A DNA stretch of 64,000 nucleotides from an uncultured delta proteobacterium (GTDB lineage: Bacteria > Desulfobacterota > Binatia > HRBIN30 > BPIQ01): the NCBI GenBank assembly GCA_963761335.1, contig CAVXGR010000024.1, forward strand, positions 160,001-224,000. The letters are read 5' to 3'. The notes below the pieces were generated by a model. It saw only the letters and a list, made by a program, of their open reading frames with translations. It was not told where the DNA came from and made no database searches. Both the position numbers and the translations under genes were made by a program. Shown here in pieces: positions 45,204-60,489 of this stretch (position 1 is the stretch's first letter; each line of letters opens with the position of its first letter).

Positions 45204-45439
45204 AACGCAAAGCCGCAAAGGCGCAGAGCCGGGCTGCCAAGACGCGGGCGGCCTGCCTGTCCCCAGGTGGAAGCGGGGTGCCGCCGTGTTTCGGGCGGGC
45301 GGGGAGAAGAACCAACGATTACATTCGTCATGAGCGCTCGCAGAGCGCGAAGATGGTCCGCTCGGCGGGTCTCGGCGCTCGCGAAAGCCGGATCACCGTC
45401 TCTGGTTGGCCCGGCTTTGCGCCTTCGCGTCTTTGCGTT
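45204..45439. repeat. Inverted repeat with CGCAAAG-periodic arms
   Basis: AACGCAAAGCCGCAAAGGCGCAGAGCCGGGC ... GCCCGGCTTTGCGCCTTCGCGTCTTTGCGTT. Confidence 0.7.
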
Positions 45440-45517
45440 CAGGGTGTTGGGGTTGGTTGTTGGCTGTTAGTGCGACCTGCTCATTGCGAACCTAACATCT
45501 CACAACACCTCGCTTCC

Positions 45518-46300
45518 TCAGATGACGCCGCTGCGGGCGGCGGTGCGCGCTGCGAAGAACAGGGCGGCGATGCAGAAGAGGGCGCTGATGGCGAGCGAGG
45601 GCGCCAGCGGCGGAATCCCCGCCCCGGAACCGGGGGTGCCGAGATAGAGCGTGCGCCGCAGGGCCGACATGCCGTAGGTCAGCGGGTTCACCATCATCAG
45701 CACGCGCAGGGGGGTCGGCGCCCCGCTGAGGGGGAAGAAGGCGCCCGAGAGCAGCCAGATCGGGATCAGGATCAGGTTCATGATGGCGTGGAAGCCCTGC
45801 GTCGACTCCATGCGCCAGGCGATGATCAGACCGAGGCTGGTGAGAGCCATGCCGACGACGACCATCACCGCGATGGTGGCGGCGGCGCCCTCAAGGGTCA
45901 GTGGAATGCCGATCATCGGTGCGATCGCCAGGCAGAGCGCCCCTTGCACTACCGCCAGCGTCGTTCCTCCCAGCGCCTGGCCGAGGACGATGGCCCAGCG
46001 GGGCACCGGCGCCACCAGCACGCCCTGGAGAAAACCCTCGCGCCGATCCTCGACGGTGGAGATGGTGGCGAAGATGGCGGTGAAGAGGAGCACCAGGGCG
46101 ATCATGCCGGGATAGAAGTACTCGACGTAGCTGGTTCCCGCCGAGGCGCCGGCGGGGCGAAAGGAGGCGTTGAGACCGCCGCCCAGTAGCAACCAGAAGA
46201 CGATCGGCTGCGCCAGCGCCCCGGTGATGCGGCTGCGCTGGCGGACGAAGCGCACGATCTCGCGGCGCCAGAGGGTGTAGACGGGATAGAACATCGACAT
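45518..46300 (-). CDS. ABC-2 type transporter permease
   Basis: EDRREGFL, LLSGAFFP, NPLTYG. Confidence 0.9.
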   Translation of the reverse strand: MSMFYPVYTLWRREIVRFVRQRSRITGALAQPIVFWLLLGGGLNASFRPAGASAGTSYVEYFYPGMIALVLLFTAIFATISTVEDRREGFLQGVLVAPVPRWAIVLGQALGGTTLAVVQGALCLAIAPMIGIPLTLEGAAATIAVMVVVGMALTSLGLIIAWRMESTQGFHAIMNLILIPIWLLSGAFFPLSGAPTPLRVLMMVNPLTYGMSALRRTLYLGTPGSGAGIPPLAPSLAISALFCIAALFFAARTAARSGVI

Positions 46301-46302
46301 GG

Positions 46303-47250
46303 TCAAGAGGCCTCCTGGCTGGCGCCGTCCTCCCAGAAGCGGTGGCCGGTGATGTGGATGAAGACGTCCTCGAGAGTCGGCTTGCCGTAGGTCACCAGGG
46401 TGACATCCGCGGGGAAGGCATCGACGACGTCGCGCACGAACTCGTGGCCGCGCGGGCGCTCGACGCGCAGGGTGCCGTCCACCATCGCGGCGTCACAGCC
46501 GAAGCGCTCGCGGATCTTCTCGCGCAGATCGTCGGGATGCGGCGCCTGCATCACCACCACGTCGCCGCCCACCTCGGACTTGAGCTCGCTCGGGGTGCCG
46601 ATGCTCACCAGCTTTCCCTGGTGCAGGATGGCGATCCGGTCGCAGCGCTCGGCCTCGTCCATGTAGTGCGTGGTGAGCACGATGGTCACCTTCTCCTCCT
46701 CGCGCAGTTGGGCGAGATATTGGATGAAGTCGCGCCGCGCCCCCGGGTCGAGCCCGGTGCTGGGCTCATCCAGCAGCAGCAGCGGCGGGCGGTGCAGCAA
46801 CGACTTCGCCAGCTCGGTGCGCCGCTGCAGGCCCCCGGAGAGGGTCTCGACGCGGTCGCGCGCCCGATCCGCGAGACGCAGGCGTTGCAGGACAGTGTCG
46901 ATGCGCTCCCGCAGGTCGGCGCCGTGCAGGCCGTACAGGTGGCCGTGTGCCAGCAGATTCTCGGCGACGGTGAGCTTGCCGTCGAGGCTCGGGTGCTGGA
47001 AGACGACCCCGAAATGGCGGCGCACCGCCGCCGGGTCGTCGCGCAGGCTGTCGCCGAAGATACGAGCGTCGCCCGCGGTCGGCAGCATCAGGGTGGTGAG
47101 GATCTTGAACAGCGTCGTCTTGCCGCCGCCGTTCGGCCCGAGCAGGCCGAACACTTCTCCGCGCTCGACGCTGAAGGACACGTCGTCGAGCGCCACGCGG
47201 CTGCCGTACAGATGTCGCAGCCGCTCGACGCGGATTGCTTCGGAATTCAT
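46303..47250 (-). CDS. ABC transporter ATP-binding protein
   Basis: GPNGGGKTT, LSGG, LLLDEPSTGLDP, TTHYMDEA. Confidence 0.93.
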   Translation of the reverse strand: MNSEAIRVERLRHLYGSRVALDDVSFSVERGEVFGLLGPNGGGKTTLFKILTTLMLPTAGDARIFGDSLRDDPAAVRRHFGVVFQHPSLDGKLTVAENLLAHGHLYGLHGADLRERIDTVLQRLRLADRARDRVETLSGGLQRRTELAKSLLHRPPLLLLDEPSTGLDPGARRDFIQYLAQLREEEKVTIVLTTHYMDEAERCDRIAILHQGKLVSIGTPSELKSEVGGDVVVMQAPHPDDLREKIRERFGCDAAMVDGTLRVERPRGHEFVRDVVDAFPADVTLVTYGKPTLEDVFIHITGHRFWEDGASQEAS

Positions 47251-47263
47251 AGCCTCGCAGATC

Positions 47264-47653
47264 TCAGCGGGCCCGGCCGCGAATGACGCGCAGGTCGGGG
47301 TCTTCTGGGTTGAAGAGGTAATCGAATGCCAGCCAGATGCTCTTGGAGTAGCGGTAGAACCACAGCGGGAAGACGACGGCAAAGGCGCACCACAGAATCA
47401 TTTGCGTCGTCAGCGAGGGGTTGGCGCAGCGCTCCAGCAGCAGGAATCCGCCGATGGCGGCCACCGCCGTCACCGCATAATTGATGTAGATGGCACCCAC
47501 GAAATAGCCCGGCTCGCGCTCGAACTTCAAGCCGCAGTGGGCACAGCTCGAGTGCATGGCGAAGAAGCCGGCGAACAGCGTGGCCTCGCCGCAGCGAGGG
47601 CAGCGGAGGCGAAGGCCGCGCCGCATGATGCGTTGGAAGCGTCGGAAATTCAT
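47264..47653 (-). CDS. DUF983-like Zn-ribbon membrane protein
   Basis: RGLRLRCPRCG...CAHCG..FEREPGYF, two TM helices. Confidence 0.75.
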   Translation of the reverse strand: MNFRRFQRIMRRGLRLRCPRCGEATLFAGFFAMHSSCAHCGLKFEREPGYFVGAIYINYAVTAVAAIGGFLLLERCANPSLTTQMILWCAFAVVFPLWFYRYSKSIWLAFDYLFNPEDPDLRVIRGRAR

Positions 47654-47761
47654 GGGCCAGACGCGGCATGATGACACAGGCGTCGGCGGAAGCGTAGAGG
47701 CGGGCGCGGTCATTTGACATGGGAAATCCCCGCTGCCACGTTCGCGGGGCAGGAGGGATGC

Positions 47762-48523
47762 ATGATCCTGGACAAGTTTCGGCTCGACGGCAAGAAGGCG
47801 CTGGTCACCGGGGCCAGCCGCGGCATCGGCCAGGCGGTCGCCGTCGCCCTGGCGCAGGCCGGCGCCGATGTCGTGGTGGTCAGCCGCAAGGAGGCCGCCC
47901 TGCGCGACACCGCCGCCGCCGTCGAGGCGAGCGGCCGCCGGGCCCTGGTGATGCCGGCACACTGCGGCAAGGCCGACGAGGTCGAGGCCCTGGCCGCACA
48001 GGTGCTCTCCGCCTGGGGCGGCATCGACATCCTGGTGAACAACGCCGCCACCAACCCGGTCATGGGTCCCTTGACCACGGTCGAGGAGCCCGGCTGGGAC
48101 AAGACGTTCGAGGTGAACCTGAAAGGACCGTACCGTCTGGTGCGCGCCTTTGCCCCCGGCATGAAGGAGCGTCGCTGGGGCCGCATCATCAACATGGCCT
48201 CGGTCGGCGGTATCCGTCCGAACGCCATGCTGAGCGTCTACAACATTACCAAGGCCGGCCTGATCGCCATGAATCGCGTCCTCGCCGAGGAGCTGGGTCC
48301 CCACGGCATCACCGTCAATGCCATCGCCCCCGGCCTGATCGACACCTATTTCTCGGCGGCGCTGACGCAGAACGAGGCGGTGCTCGGCCATATTTTGGAG
48401 ACCACGCCTCTCCGCCGCGTCGGGGTGCCCGAGGACATCGCCGGCATTGCCCTCTACCTCGCCTCCGAGGCCTCCGCCTTCGCCACCGGCCAGGTCTTCG
48501 TGGTGGACGGCGGCGCCACCTAG
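47762..48523 (+). CDS. Short-chain dehydrogenase/reductase
   Basis: TGASRGIG, NNAATNP, YNITK. Confidence 0.93.
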   Translation: MILDKFRLDGKKALVTGASRGIGQAVAVALAQAGADVVVVSRKEAALRDTAAAVEASGRRALVMPAHCGKADEVEALAAQVLSAWGGIDILVNNAATNPVMGPLTTVEEPGWDKTFEVNLKGPYRLVRAFAPGMKERRWGRIINMASVGGIRPNAMLSVYNITKAGLIAMNRVLAEELGPHGITVNAIAPGLIDTYFSAALTQNEAVLGHILETTPLRRVGVPEDIAGIALYLASEASAFATGQVFVVDGGAT

Positions 48524-48526
48524 TCG

Positions 48527-48656
48527 TTCTCCATTCTCATCCCCGGCTCTCATCCCGTCGTTTTCCATTGCTCTGAACGCCGCATCCACTCCCAACCGCT
48601 CAGTGAAATGGAAAACGACGGGATGAGAGCCGGGGATGAGAACCGGGAACGGAGAA
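48527..48656. repeat. Palindromic repeat family A, copy 3
   Basis: TTCTCCATTCTCATCCCCGGCTCTCATCCCGTCGTTTTCCATT ... AATGGAAAACGACGGGATGAGAGCCGGGGATGAGAA. Confidence 0.85.
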
Positions 48657-48726
48657 GCGGGGAAGGTCGGATTGCCGCCGGCAATGAACTTCCCGACAGC
48701 CTCCGCGGGTGATAATCCTTGGAGGA

Positions 48727-50223
48727 ATGCCGGCCGAGCGGACCGTATCGAGCGAGCGCCCCATTCAGGAGCTCGCCGTGCTCAACGAGATCATTGGCGC
48801 GCTGACCTCCACTCTGGAGTTCCCCGAGCTCCTGCGCATCGTGCTCTCGCGCATCAAGATGCTGACCAGCGCCGAGGCCATCTCCCTCCTGCTGTACGAC
48901 GCCGAGCGCGACGAGCTGGTATTCGCGGCCACCGAGACCCTGCGGGAGAGGGGCATGGCCGAGCACCCACAGCCGGAGGAGCGCGGCTTGGCGGCCTGGG
49001 TCGCCTCGACCGGCGAGAGCGCCATCGTCAACGACCGCGCCGCCGATCCGCGCTGTGCGGCGGCGCGCGAGCCGCTGCCGCCGTGCGAGGGCCGCCATCT
49101 GCTGGCGGTGCCGGTGAAGCGCGGCGAGCGCGTCATCGGCGTCATCGAGGTCGCCGACCGCTACGACGGCCTGCCTTTCAGCGACGCGGATCAGCGCGCC
49201 ATCGAGCGCACCGCCGCCACCCTGTGCAGCCGCGGCGACCCCGAAGAGATCTGCCGCGATTCCTCGGCGGTGCGCGGCATGCTCGCCGCCCTCGCCGCGG
49301 AGGTGCCCACCCAGGCCGCCGTGCTGCTGCTCTACGACCCCGCCGGCCGCGGTCTGCTGTTCACCGCCTCGCGTTGCCTGGAGCCGGGGGTGATCGACGG
49401 GCTGCGCATGCGCGCCGACCGCGGCATCGCCGGCTGGGTGGCCCGCCACCGCCAGGCGCTGCGCCTCGACGACGCCAGCCGCGATCCGCGCTACGATCCG
49501 AGCATCGAGTCCGAGACCCACTTCCGGCCCGGCAGCATGCTCTGTGTGCCCCTGGTCAGCAAGGACGTCCTTCTCGGCGTCATCCAGGTGATCAACCGCA
49601 TCGGCCGCGACGGCTTCGACGAGGAGGAGCTGCGCCTGGTGCAGATTCTCGCCGACTACGCCGCCATCGCCATCGAGCATGCCTCGCTGTATCGCCGGGC
49701 GCAGCAGGCGCTGCTCACCGACGACCTCACCGGGCTCGGCAACACCCGGCATCTCAATCGCCTGCTGCCGGAGCTGATCGCCCGCGGACGCCCGCTCTGC
49801 GTTCTGGTTTTGGACTTCGACAACTTCAAGACCGTGGTCGACACCTACGGGCATCTGATCGGGGCGCGCACCATTGCCGCCATCGGCTCGATGATGGGAT
49901 CGCTGATTCGCCCCGGAGACTTCGCCGCCCGCTTTGGCGGCGACGAGTTCGTGGTGGTCATGCCGGACAGCCCCATCGAGGCGGCGCTGTCGATGGCGGA
50001 GACCTTGCGCGCCGCGATCGCCGACTTCGCATCGCTCGAGGGGCACGGGGACATCGACATCTCGGGAGTGACGGCGAGCATCGGCGTCGCCGCCTTCCCG
50101 CAGCACGCCGGCGATGCCGACGGCCTCCTGCGCGCCGCCGACGCCGCCATGTACACGGTCAAGCGCTCGCGCAAGAACGGTATCGCCGTGGCCCGCCCGG
50201 GCATGAGCATGAGCGAGCGGTGA
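48727..50223 (+). CDS. GAF-GAF-GGDEF dinucleotide cyclase with atypical base-specificity residues
   Basis: Two similar GAF domains, TDDLTGL, DFDNFKTVVDTYGHLIGA, RPGD I-site, RFGGDEF. Confidence 0.92.
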   Translation: MPAERTVSSERPIQELAVLNEIIGALTSTLEFPELLRIVLSRIKMLTSAEAISLLLYDAERDELVFAATETLRERGMAEHPQPEERGLAAWVASTGESAIVNDRAADPRCAAAREPLPPCEGRHLLAVPVKRGERVIGVIEVADRYDGLPFSDADQRAIERTAATLCSRGDPEEICRDSSAVRGMLAALAAEVPTQAAVLLLYDPAGRGLLFTASRCLEPGVIDGLRMRADRGIAGWVARHRQALRLDDASRDPRYDPSIESETHFRPGSMLCVPLVSKDVLLGVIQVINRIGRDGFDEEELRLVQILADYAAIAIEHASLYRRAQQALLTDDLTGLGNTRHLNRLLPELIARGRPLCVLVLDFDNFKTVVDTYGHLIGARTIAAIGSMMGSLIRPGDFAARFGGDEFVVVMPDSPIEAALSMAETLRAAIADFASLEGHGDIDISGVTASIGVAAFPQHAGDADGLLRAADAAMYTVKRSRKNGIAVARPGMSMSER

Positions 50224-50230
50224 GCAGATC

Positions 50231-50749
50231 ATGCTGATCGCGCTCGACGGCCACAGCCCGCAGGTCGACCCGACCGCCTACGTCCACGGCAGTGCTCACG
50301 TCATCGGTGACGTGGTGATCGGCGCCGAGTCCAGTCTCTGGTTCAACGTCGTCGTGCGCGGCGACGTCAACCGGGTGCGCATCGGGGCGCGCTCCAACCT
50401 CCAGGATCAGGTGACGGTGCACGTCACCCGCGACCGCTGGCCGACCATCGTCGGAGACGAAGTGACCGCCGGCCACGGCGCCATTCTGCACGGCTGCACG
50501 GTCATGGACCGCTCCCTGATCGGCATCGGCGCAATCGTCCTCGACGGCGCCGTGGTCGAGGCGGACTGTCTGGTCGCCGCCGGCTCGCTGGTGAGCCCGG
50601 GGACAGTGATCCCCTCCGGACACCTCGCCATGGGCACCCCGGCGCGCCCGCTGCGGCGCCTCGGCGACGACGAGCTCGCCCACCTGCGCCACTCGGCGGC
50701 GAACTACGTGGGCTACGCGGTGAACTACCGAACCCAGGGCATCGAGTAA
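50231..50749 (+). CDS. Gamma carbonic anhydrase family protein
   Basis: Hexapeptide repeats, RGD, NLQD..VH, GH..LHGC. Confidence 0.9.
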   Translation: MLIALDGHSPQVDPTAYVHGSAHVIGDVVIGAESSLWFNVVVRGDVNRVRIGARSNLQDQVTVHVTRDRWPTIVGDEVTAGHGAILHGCTVMDRSLIGIGAIVLDGAVVEADCLVAAGSLVSPGTVIPSGHLAMGTPARPLRRLGDDELAHLRHSAANYVGYAVNYRTQGIE

Positions 50750-50766
50750 GGGCCGCTTCCCCGCGT

Positions 50767-50838
50767 TGGGGACAGGCCACTTTTTGCCCGCGCTGCTGTG
50801 GGGGCGCGCCGCTCGGCGCGAAAAGTAGCCTGTCCCCA
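50767..50838. repeat. GGGGACAG-type REP-like inverted repeat
   Basis: TGGGGACAGGCCACTTTT ... AAAAGTAGCCTGTCCCCA. Confidence 0.7.
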
Positions 50839-50871
50839 TGTGACACAACATCTTGTGGCCGCAGCCCGGAC

Positions 50872-52476
<1,605 letters not shown>

Positions 52477-52478
<2 letters not shown>

Positions 52479-52649
52479 GTAGCGTCTAAGTTCCCCGATG
52501 TTGGATATTGACAACTCCGATTGGTGGTTATTCCGGTCGCGGCGGGCGTGGGTCTCCTCTCCCGCATCGCCTGCGGGAGAGGCCCAGGGTGAGGGGACTT
52601 GGGGCGCCGGGCGCGGAAATGATCGCAATCGTCACGTAAGACAATGCTC
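52477..52649. mobile_element. MITE family B-related, diverged copy 3
   Basis: Ends GAGTAGCGTCTAAGT / ACGTAAGACAATGCTC. Flanks GCGACT / GTGACT (5 of 6 match). Internal CTCTCCCGCA..TGCGGGAGAG hairpin. Confidence 0.65.
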
Positions 52650-52721
52650 GTGACTGAAGCCGGCTTCACATCGTTGTACGGTTCGACTATGAAGGCGGCG
52701 GGATGAGCGGGGGGGAATGAG

Positions 52722-54251
52722 ATGATCCTGGTTCTGGATTTCGGCGGCCAGTACACTCAGCTCATCGCCCGGCGCGTTCGCGAGGCGCACGTCTATTGCG
52801 AGATTCACCCGTACTCGCTGTCCCTCGAGCGCATCTCCGCCATGCGGCCGGAGGGCATCATCCTCTCCGGCGGTCCGGCGAGCGTCTATCAGGAGGACGC
52901 GCCCCTGCCGGATCGCGGCATTCTCGATCTCGGCTGCCCGCTTCTCGGCATCTGCTACGGCATGGGGGTGCTGACTCTCTTCAACGGCGGGCGGGTGGCG
53001 CGCGCCAGCCGCCGCGAGTACGGCCCGGCGCGGCTGCAGATCGACGATGACCGCGATCTTCTCGCCGGCCTCAGCGGCGAGCCGATGCCGGTGTGGATGA
53101 GCCACGGCGACAAGATGGAGTCGCTGCCCGCCGGCTGGACGGTCCTGGCGCACAGCGACAACTCGCCCATCGCCGCCTGCGCCGACGCGGCACGCCGCCG
53201 CTTCGGCGTGCAGTTCCACCCCGAGGTGGTGCACACGCCGCGCGGCCGCGAGGTGTTGGAGAACTTCGTCCTGCGCATCTGCCGGGCCCGCCCCGACTGG
53301 ACCATGGAAGGGTTCGTCGAACGCGAGTGCGAGATGATCCGCGCCCGCGTCGGCGATGGCGGGGTCGTCTGCGGCCTCTCCGGAGGCGTCGACTCGACGG
53401 TGGTGGCGGCGCTCATTCACCGCGCCATCGGCGACCAGCTGACCTGCATCTTCGTCGACAACGGGCTGCTGCGCCGCGACGAGGCCGCCGAGGTGGTGCG
53501 CGTCTGCCGCGAGCACTTCCACTTCAACCTGCGCCACGTCGACGCCGCGGAGCTCTTCCTCGATCGCCTCGCCGGCGTCGAGGACCCGGAGAAGAAGCGG
53601 CGCATCATCGGCAACACTTTCATCGAGGTGTTCGAGCGCGAGGCCCGGGACCTCCGCGACGTGCGCTTCCTGGCCCAGGGGACGCTTTACCCCGACGTCA
53701 TCGAGTCGGTGTCCTTCAAGGGGCCGTCGGCGACCATCAAGAGCCATCACAACGTCGGCGGCCTTCCGGAGCGCATGCACCTGCAGCTCATCGAGCCGCT
53801 GCGCGAGCTCTTCAAGGACGAGGCGCGCGTCCTCGGCGCTGTCCTCGGGGTGCCTCCGGAGATCATCCACCGGCAGCCGTTTCCCGGTCCCGGCCTGGCC
53901 ATCCGCATCCTCGGACCGGTGACCCGCGAGGGGTTGGAGACGTTGCGCGACGCCGATGCCATCGTCGACGAGGAGATCCGCGCCGCCGATCTCTACACCG
54001 AGCTGTGGCAGGCCTTCGCGGTGCTCCTGCCGGTCCGCACCGTCGGCGTCATGGGCGACGAGCGCAGCTACGAGAACGTCCTCGCGCTGCGCGCCGTCTA
54101 CAGCATCGACGGCATGACCGCGGACTGGGCGCGCCTGCCGTACGACCTGCTGGCGCGGCTGTCGTCGCGGATCATCAACGAGGTGCGCGGCGTCAACCGC
54201 GTCGTCTACGACGTCTCTTCGAAGCCGCCGGCGACCATCGAGTGGGAATGA
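52722..54251 (+). CDS. guaA: GMP synthase (glutamine-hydrolysing)
   Basis: [40 protein letters not shown]. Confidence 0.97.
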   Translation: MILVLDFGGQYTQLIARRVREAHVYCEIHPYSLSLERISAMRPEGIILSGGPASVYQEDAPLPDRGILDLGCPLLGICYGMGVLTLFNGGRVARASRREYGPARLQIDDDRDLLAGLSGEPMPVWMSHGDKMESLPAGWTVLAHSDNSPIAACADAARRRFGVQFHPEVVHTPRGREVLENFVLRICRARPDWTMEGFVERECEMIRARVGDGGVVCGLSGGVDSTVVAALIHRAIGDQLTCIFVDNGLLRRDEAAEVVRVCREHFHFNLRHVDAAELFLDRLAGVEDPEKKRRIIGNTFIEVFEREARDLRDVRFLAQGTLYPDVIESVSFKGPSATIKSHHNVGGLPERMHLQLIEPLRELFKDEARVLGAVLGVPPEIIHRQPFPGPGLAIRILGPVTREGLETLRDADAIVDEEIRAADLYTELWQAFAVLLPVRTVGVMGDERSYENVLALRAVYSIDGMTADWARLPYDLLARLSSRIINEVRGVNRVVYDVSSKPPATIEWE

Positions 54252-54296
54252 CGCCACGGCAGCGCGAGCGGGGCAGGGGATGACGGGGGAGAGGTG

Positions 54297-57781
<3,485 letters not shown>

Positions 57782-57785
<4 letters not shown>

Positions 57786-59083
57786 GCCGCCGGCTGCGCA
57801 ATCGCCTGCACGGCACGGACGGGGGAGTCGATGTCCGGACGCCGCTGACTTCTGTGGAGCGCGCCGTTCTGGTCGGTACCGAGCGCGATTCCGATCACGG
57901 CGAGGGCGCCGAGGAATGGATCGCCGAGCTCGAGCACCTCGGCCGCAGTGCCGGCGTCGAGGTGGTCGCCAAGGTCATTCAGTCGCTCAGGCGCATCGAT
58001 CCGGCGACCTACATCGGCTCGGGCAAGGTGGAAGACGTGCGCCAGCTGGCCGCCGCCCGCGGCGCCACCCTGGCGATCTTCGACGAGCGGCTGTCGCCGG
58101 CGCAACAGCGCAATCTCGAGCAGGCGCTCGGTCTCAAGGTCATCGACCGCAACCAGCTCATCCTCGACATCTTCGCGCAGCGCGCTCACAGCCAGGCCGG
58201 CAAGCTGCAGGTGGAGCTGGCGCAGCTCGAGTATCTGCTGCCGCGGCTGACCCGCCAGTGGCAGCACCTCTCGCGCCTCGGCGGCGGCGTCGGCACCCGC
58301 GGCCCCGGTGAGACCCAGCTCGAGGTCGATCGCCGTCGGGTGCGCGAGCGCATCGCCTCGCTGCGCCGCCGCCTCCGGCAGGTGGCACGCACGCGCTCGC
58401 TGCACCGCCGCGGCCGCGCCCAGGTGCCGCTGCCGACGGTTGCCCTGGTGGGATACACCAACTCCGGAAAGTCGACGCTGATGAACCGCCTGACCGATGC
58501 CGGCGTGCTGGTCGAGGACAAGCTCTTCGCCACCCTCGACCCGACGACGCGCCGCCTGCGCCTGCCGAGCACCGGCACGGTGCTGCTGAGCGACACGGTC
58601 GGCTTCATCAACAAGCTGCCGCACGGCTTCGTCGACGCCTTCAAGAGCACGCTCGAAGAGGTGCGCAGCGCCGATCTCCTCCTGCACGTGGTGGATGCGT
58701 CCAATCCCGACGCCGAGGTGCAGATGCAGGTGGTCGAGCGCGTCCTCGAGGAGCTGGGGGCGGCGGATCGTCCGGTGCTCGTGGTTCTCAACAAGGCCGA
58801 TCTCTGGCAGGACGGCCCGACGGTGCGCGTCGCCGGCGGGCTGGCGGTCTCGGCGCTCACCGGCACCGGCATCGAGGCCCTGCGGCACGCCATCGAGCAC
58901 CGCCTGGCCGAGTCTCAGGAGCGCCTCGCCGTCGACGTCCCAGCGGCGCGGGGGGATCTGCTCGCCCAGCTTCATCGCGGCGGCCAGGTGCTCGAGGAGC
59001 AGTTCTTCGACGGCGTGGTGCGCGTCACGGCGATGGTGCCGCCCAAGCTCGCCGGGCAGGTGCGCAAGGCGCTCCAGGGCTGA
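57782..59083 (+). CDS. hflX: GTPase HflX (start uncertain)
   Basis: RGPGETQLE, GYTNSGKST, LFATLD, DTVGFI, NKAD. Confidence 0.93.
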
Positions 59084-59114
59084 GGCGGTACGCCTCGCGA
59101 CAGGGCGACGGACC

Positions 59115-59660
59115 TTGCTGAACCTACCGAACACCCTGACGCTGCTGCGCGTCGTCGCCATCCCGGTCTTTCTCATCAGCCTGACCAACGGGCACCCGGG
59201 CACCGCCCTGGCGATCTTCATGGCCGCCGGCATGACCGACGCCGTCGACGGCGCCCTGGCGCGGCTGACCGGGACGCAGAGCGAGTTCGGCGCCACGCTC
59301 GACCCGCTCGCCGACAAGCTCCTCATGGTCAGCTCCTTCATCGTCCTCGCCTGGTACGACGCCGTGCCATCGTGGCTGACGATCATCGTGCTCACGCGCG
59401 AGGTGGTTCTCCTCCTCGGCTACTGGGTCATCTTCTTCGTCAGCCAGCCGGTGCAGGTGCGGCCCAGCGCCATCGGCAAGGTGAACACCTTCTTTCAGCT
59501 GTTCACCGTCGGCTTCGCCCTGCTCACCATGGCGCGCCCCGACCTGCCGATGGCCGGCGTCAACCTGGTGACCCAGTCGATCACTGCCGCCACCACCACC
59601 GCCTCCGGCGTCCAGTACGTCTACCGGGGGCTGCTGTGGCAGCAGACGCATGCGGCGTGA
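59115..59660 (+). CDS. CDP-alcohol phosphatidyltransferase (PgsA-like)
   Basis: NLPNTLT, DAVDGALAR...GATLDPLADK. Confidence 0.88.
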   Translation: MLNLPNTLTLLRVVAIPVFLISLTNGHPGTALAIFMAAGMTDAVDGALARLTGTQSEFGATLDPLADKLLMVSSFIVLAWYDAVPSWLTIIVLTREVVLLLGYWVIFFVSQPVQVRPSAIGKVNTFFQLFTVGFALLTMARPDLPMAGVNLVTQSITAATTTASGVQYVYRGLLWQQTHAA

Positions 59661-59820
59661 AGAGGAAGAGAATGTAAAATGAAAGACCGGTGACCGGTGA
59701 TGGAGAACCGGCAAACGGCCCCACCCATACACCGGTGACGGTGACGGCTACGCCCGATCCATTCATTGACCGGTTCTGAATCACCGGTCACCGGTTTTTC
59801 ATTTTACATCTCTTCTCTCT
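59661..59820. repeat. Palindromic repeat family C, copy 1
   Basis: GAAGAGAATGTAAAATGAAAGACCGGTGACCGGTGATGGAGAACCGG ... CCGGTTCTGAATCACCGGTCACCGGTTTTTCATTTTACAT. Confidence 0.85.
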
Positions 59821-59907
59821 CTGCTGGCCGCGCTTCCCACGCCCGTGGGCACGCGTCGTCTTGCGCCGGCCCCGCGCTCGCGCCACTGTCGGCGCCGGAG
59901 GAACGAA

Positions 59908-60489
59908 ATGGCGCGCGTATTCGAGCAGATCGACGACTCACTGGCAGCCTTCATCGGCGCTCAGCGGATGTTCTTCGTGGCCACCGCGCCGCTGGACGCC
60001 ACCGGCCTGGTGAATCTGTCGCCCAAGGGTCTCGACACCCTCCGCATCCTCGACCCACACACGGTCGCTTACCTCGACCTCACCGGAAGCGGCGTCGAGA
60101 CCATCGCCCATCTGCGCGAGAACGGCCGTATCGCCATCCTCTTCTGCTCTTTCGAGGGCAGCCCGGAGATTTTGCGGCTGCACGGGCAGGGTGCCGTGCT
60201 GGAGCCCTCCGATCCCGAGTTCGCGGCTCTGCGCCCGCGATTTCCCGAGGTCGAGGGGAACCGCTCGATCATCCGCATCGCCGTGAAGCGGATCGCCACC
60301 TCGTGCGGCTACGCCGTGCCGCTCTACCAGTTCGAGGGCCAACGCTCGCAGCTGCTCGACTGGGCCCGCAATCGCGGTACCGAGGGGCTGGAACGCTATC
60401 GCCGGGAGCACAACAGCGAGAGCCTCGATGGCCTTCCGGCGCTTCGAGGCGAGCGGCCGCGTGCAGGCTCAGAAAGGAACCCGTCATGA
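59908..60489 (+). CDS. Pyridoxamine 5'-phosphate oxidase-family (FMN split-barrel) protein
   Basis: FFVATAP, NLSPKG, YLDLTGSG.ETIAHLRENGR, TSCGYAVP. Confidence 0.88.
   Translation: MARVFEQIDDSLAAFIGAQRMFFVATAPLDATGLVNLSPKGLDTLRILDPHTVAYLDLTGSGVETIAHLRENGRIAILFCSFEGSPEILRLHGQGAVLEPSDPEFAALRPRFPEVEGNRSIIRIAVKRIATSCGYAVPLYQFEGQRSQLLDWARNRGTEGLERYRREHNSESLDGLPALRGERPRAGSERNPS

Noticed and set aside
45204..45240. ACGCAAAGCC...AGCCGGGCTGCC resembling a GEMM-I riboswitch 3' half
   Set aside because: Lacks the 5' GGCAAA/GNRA stem, is one arm of an inverted repeat, and lies between gene 3' ends.
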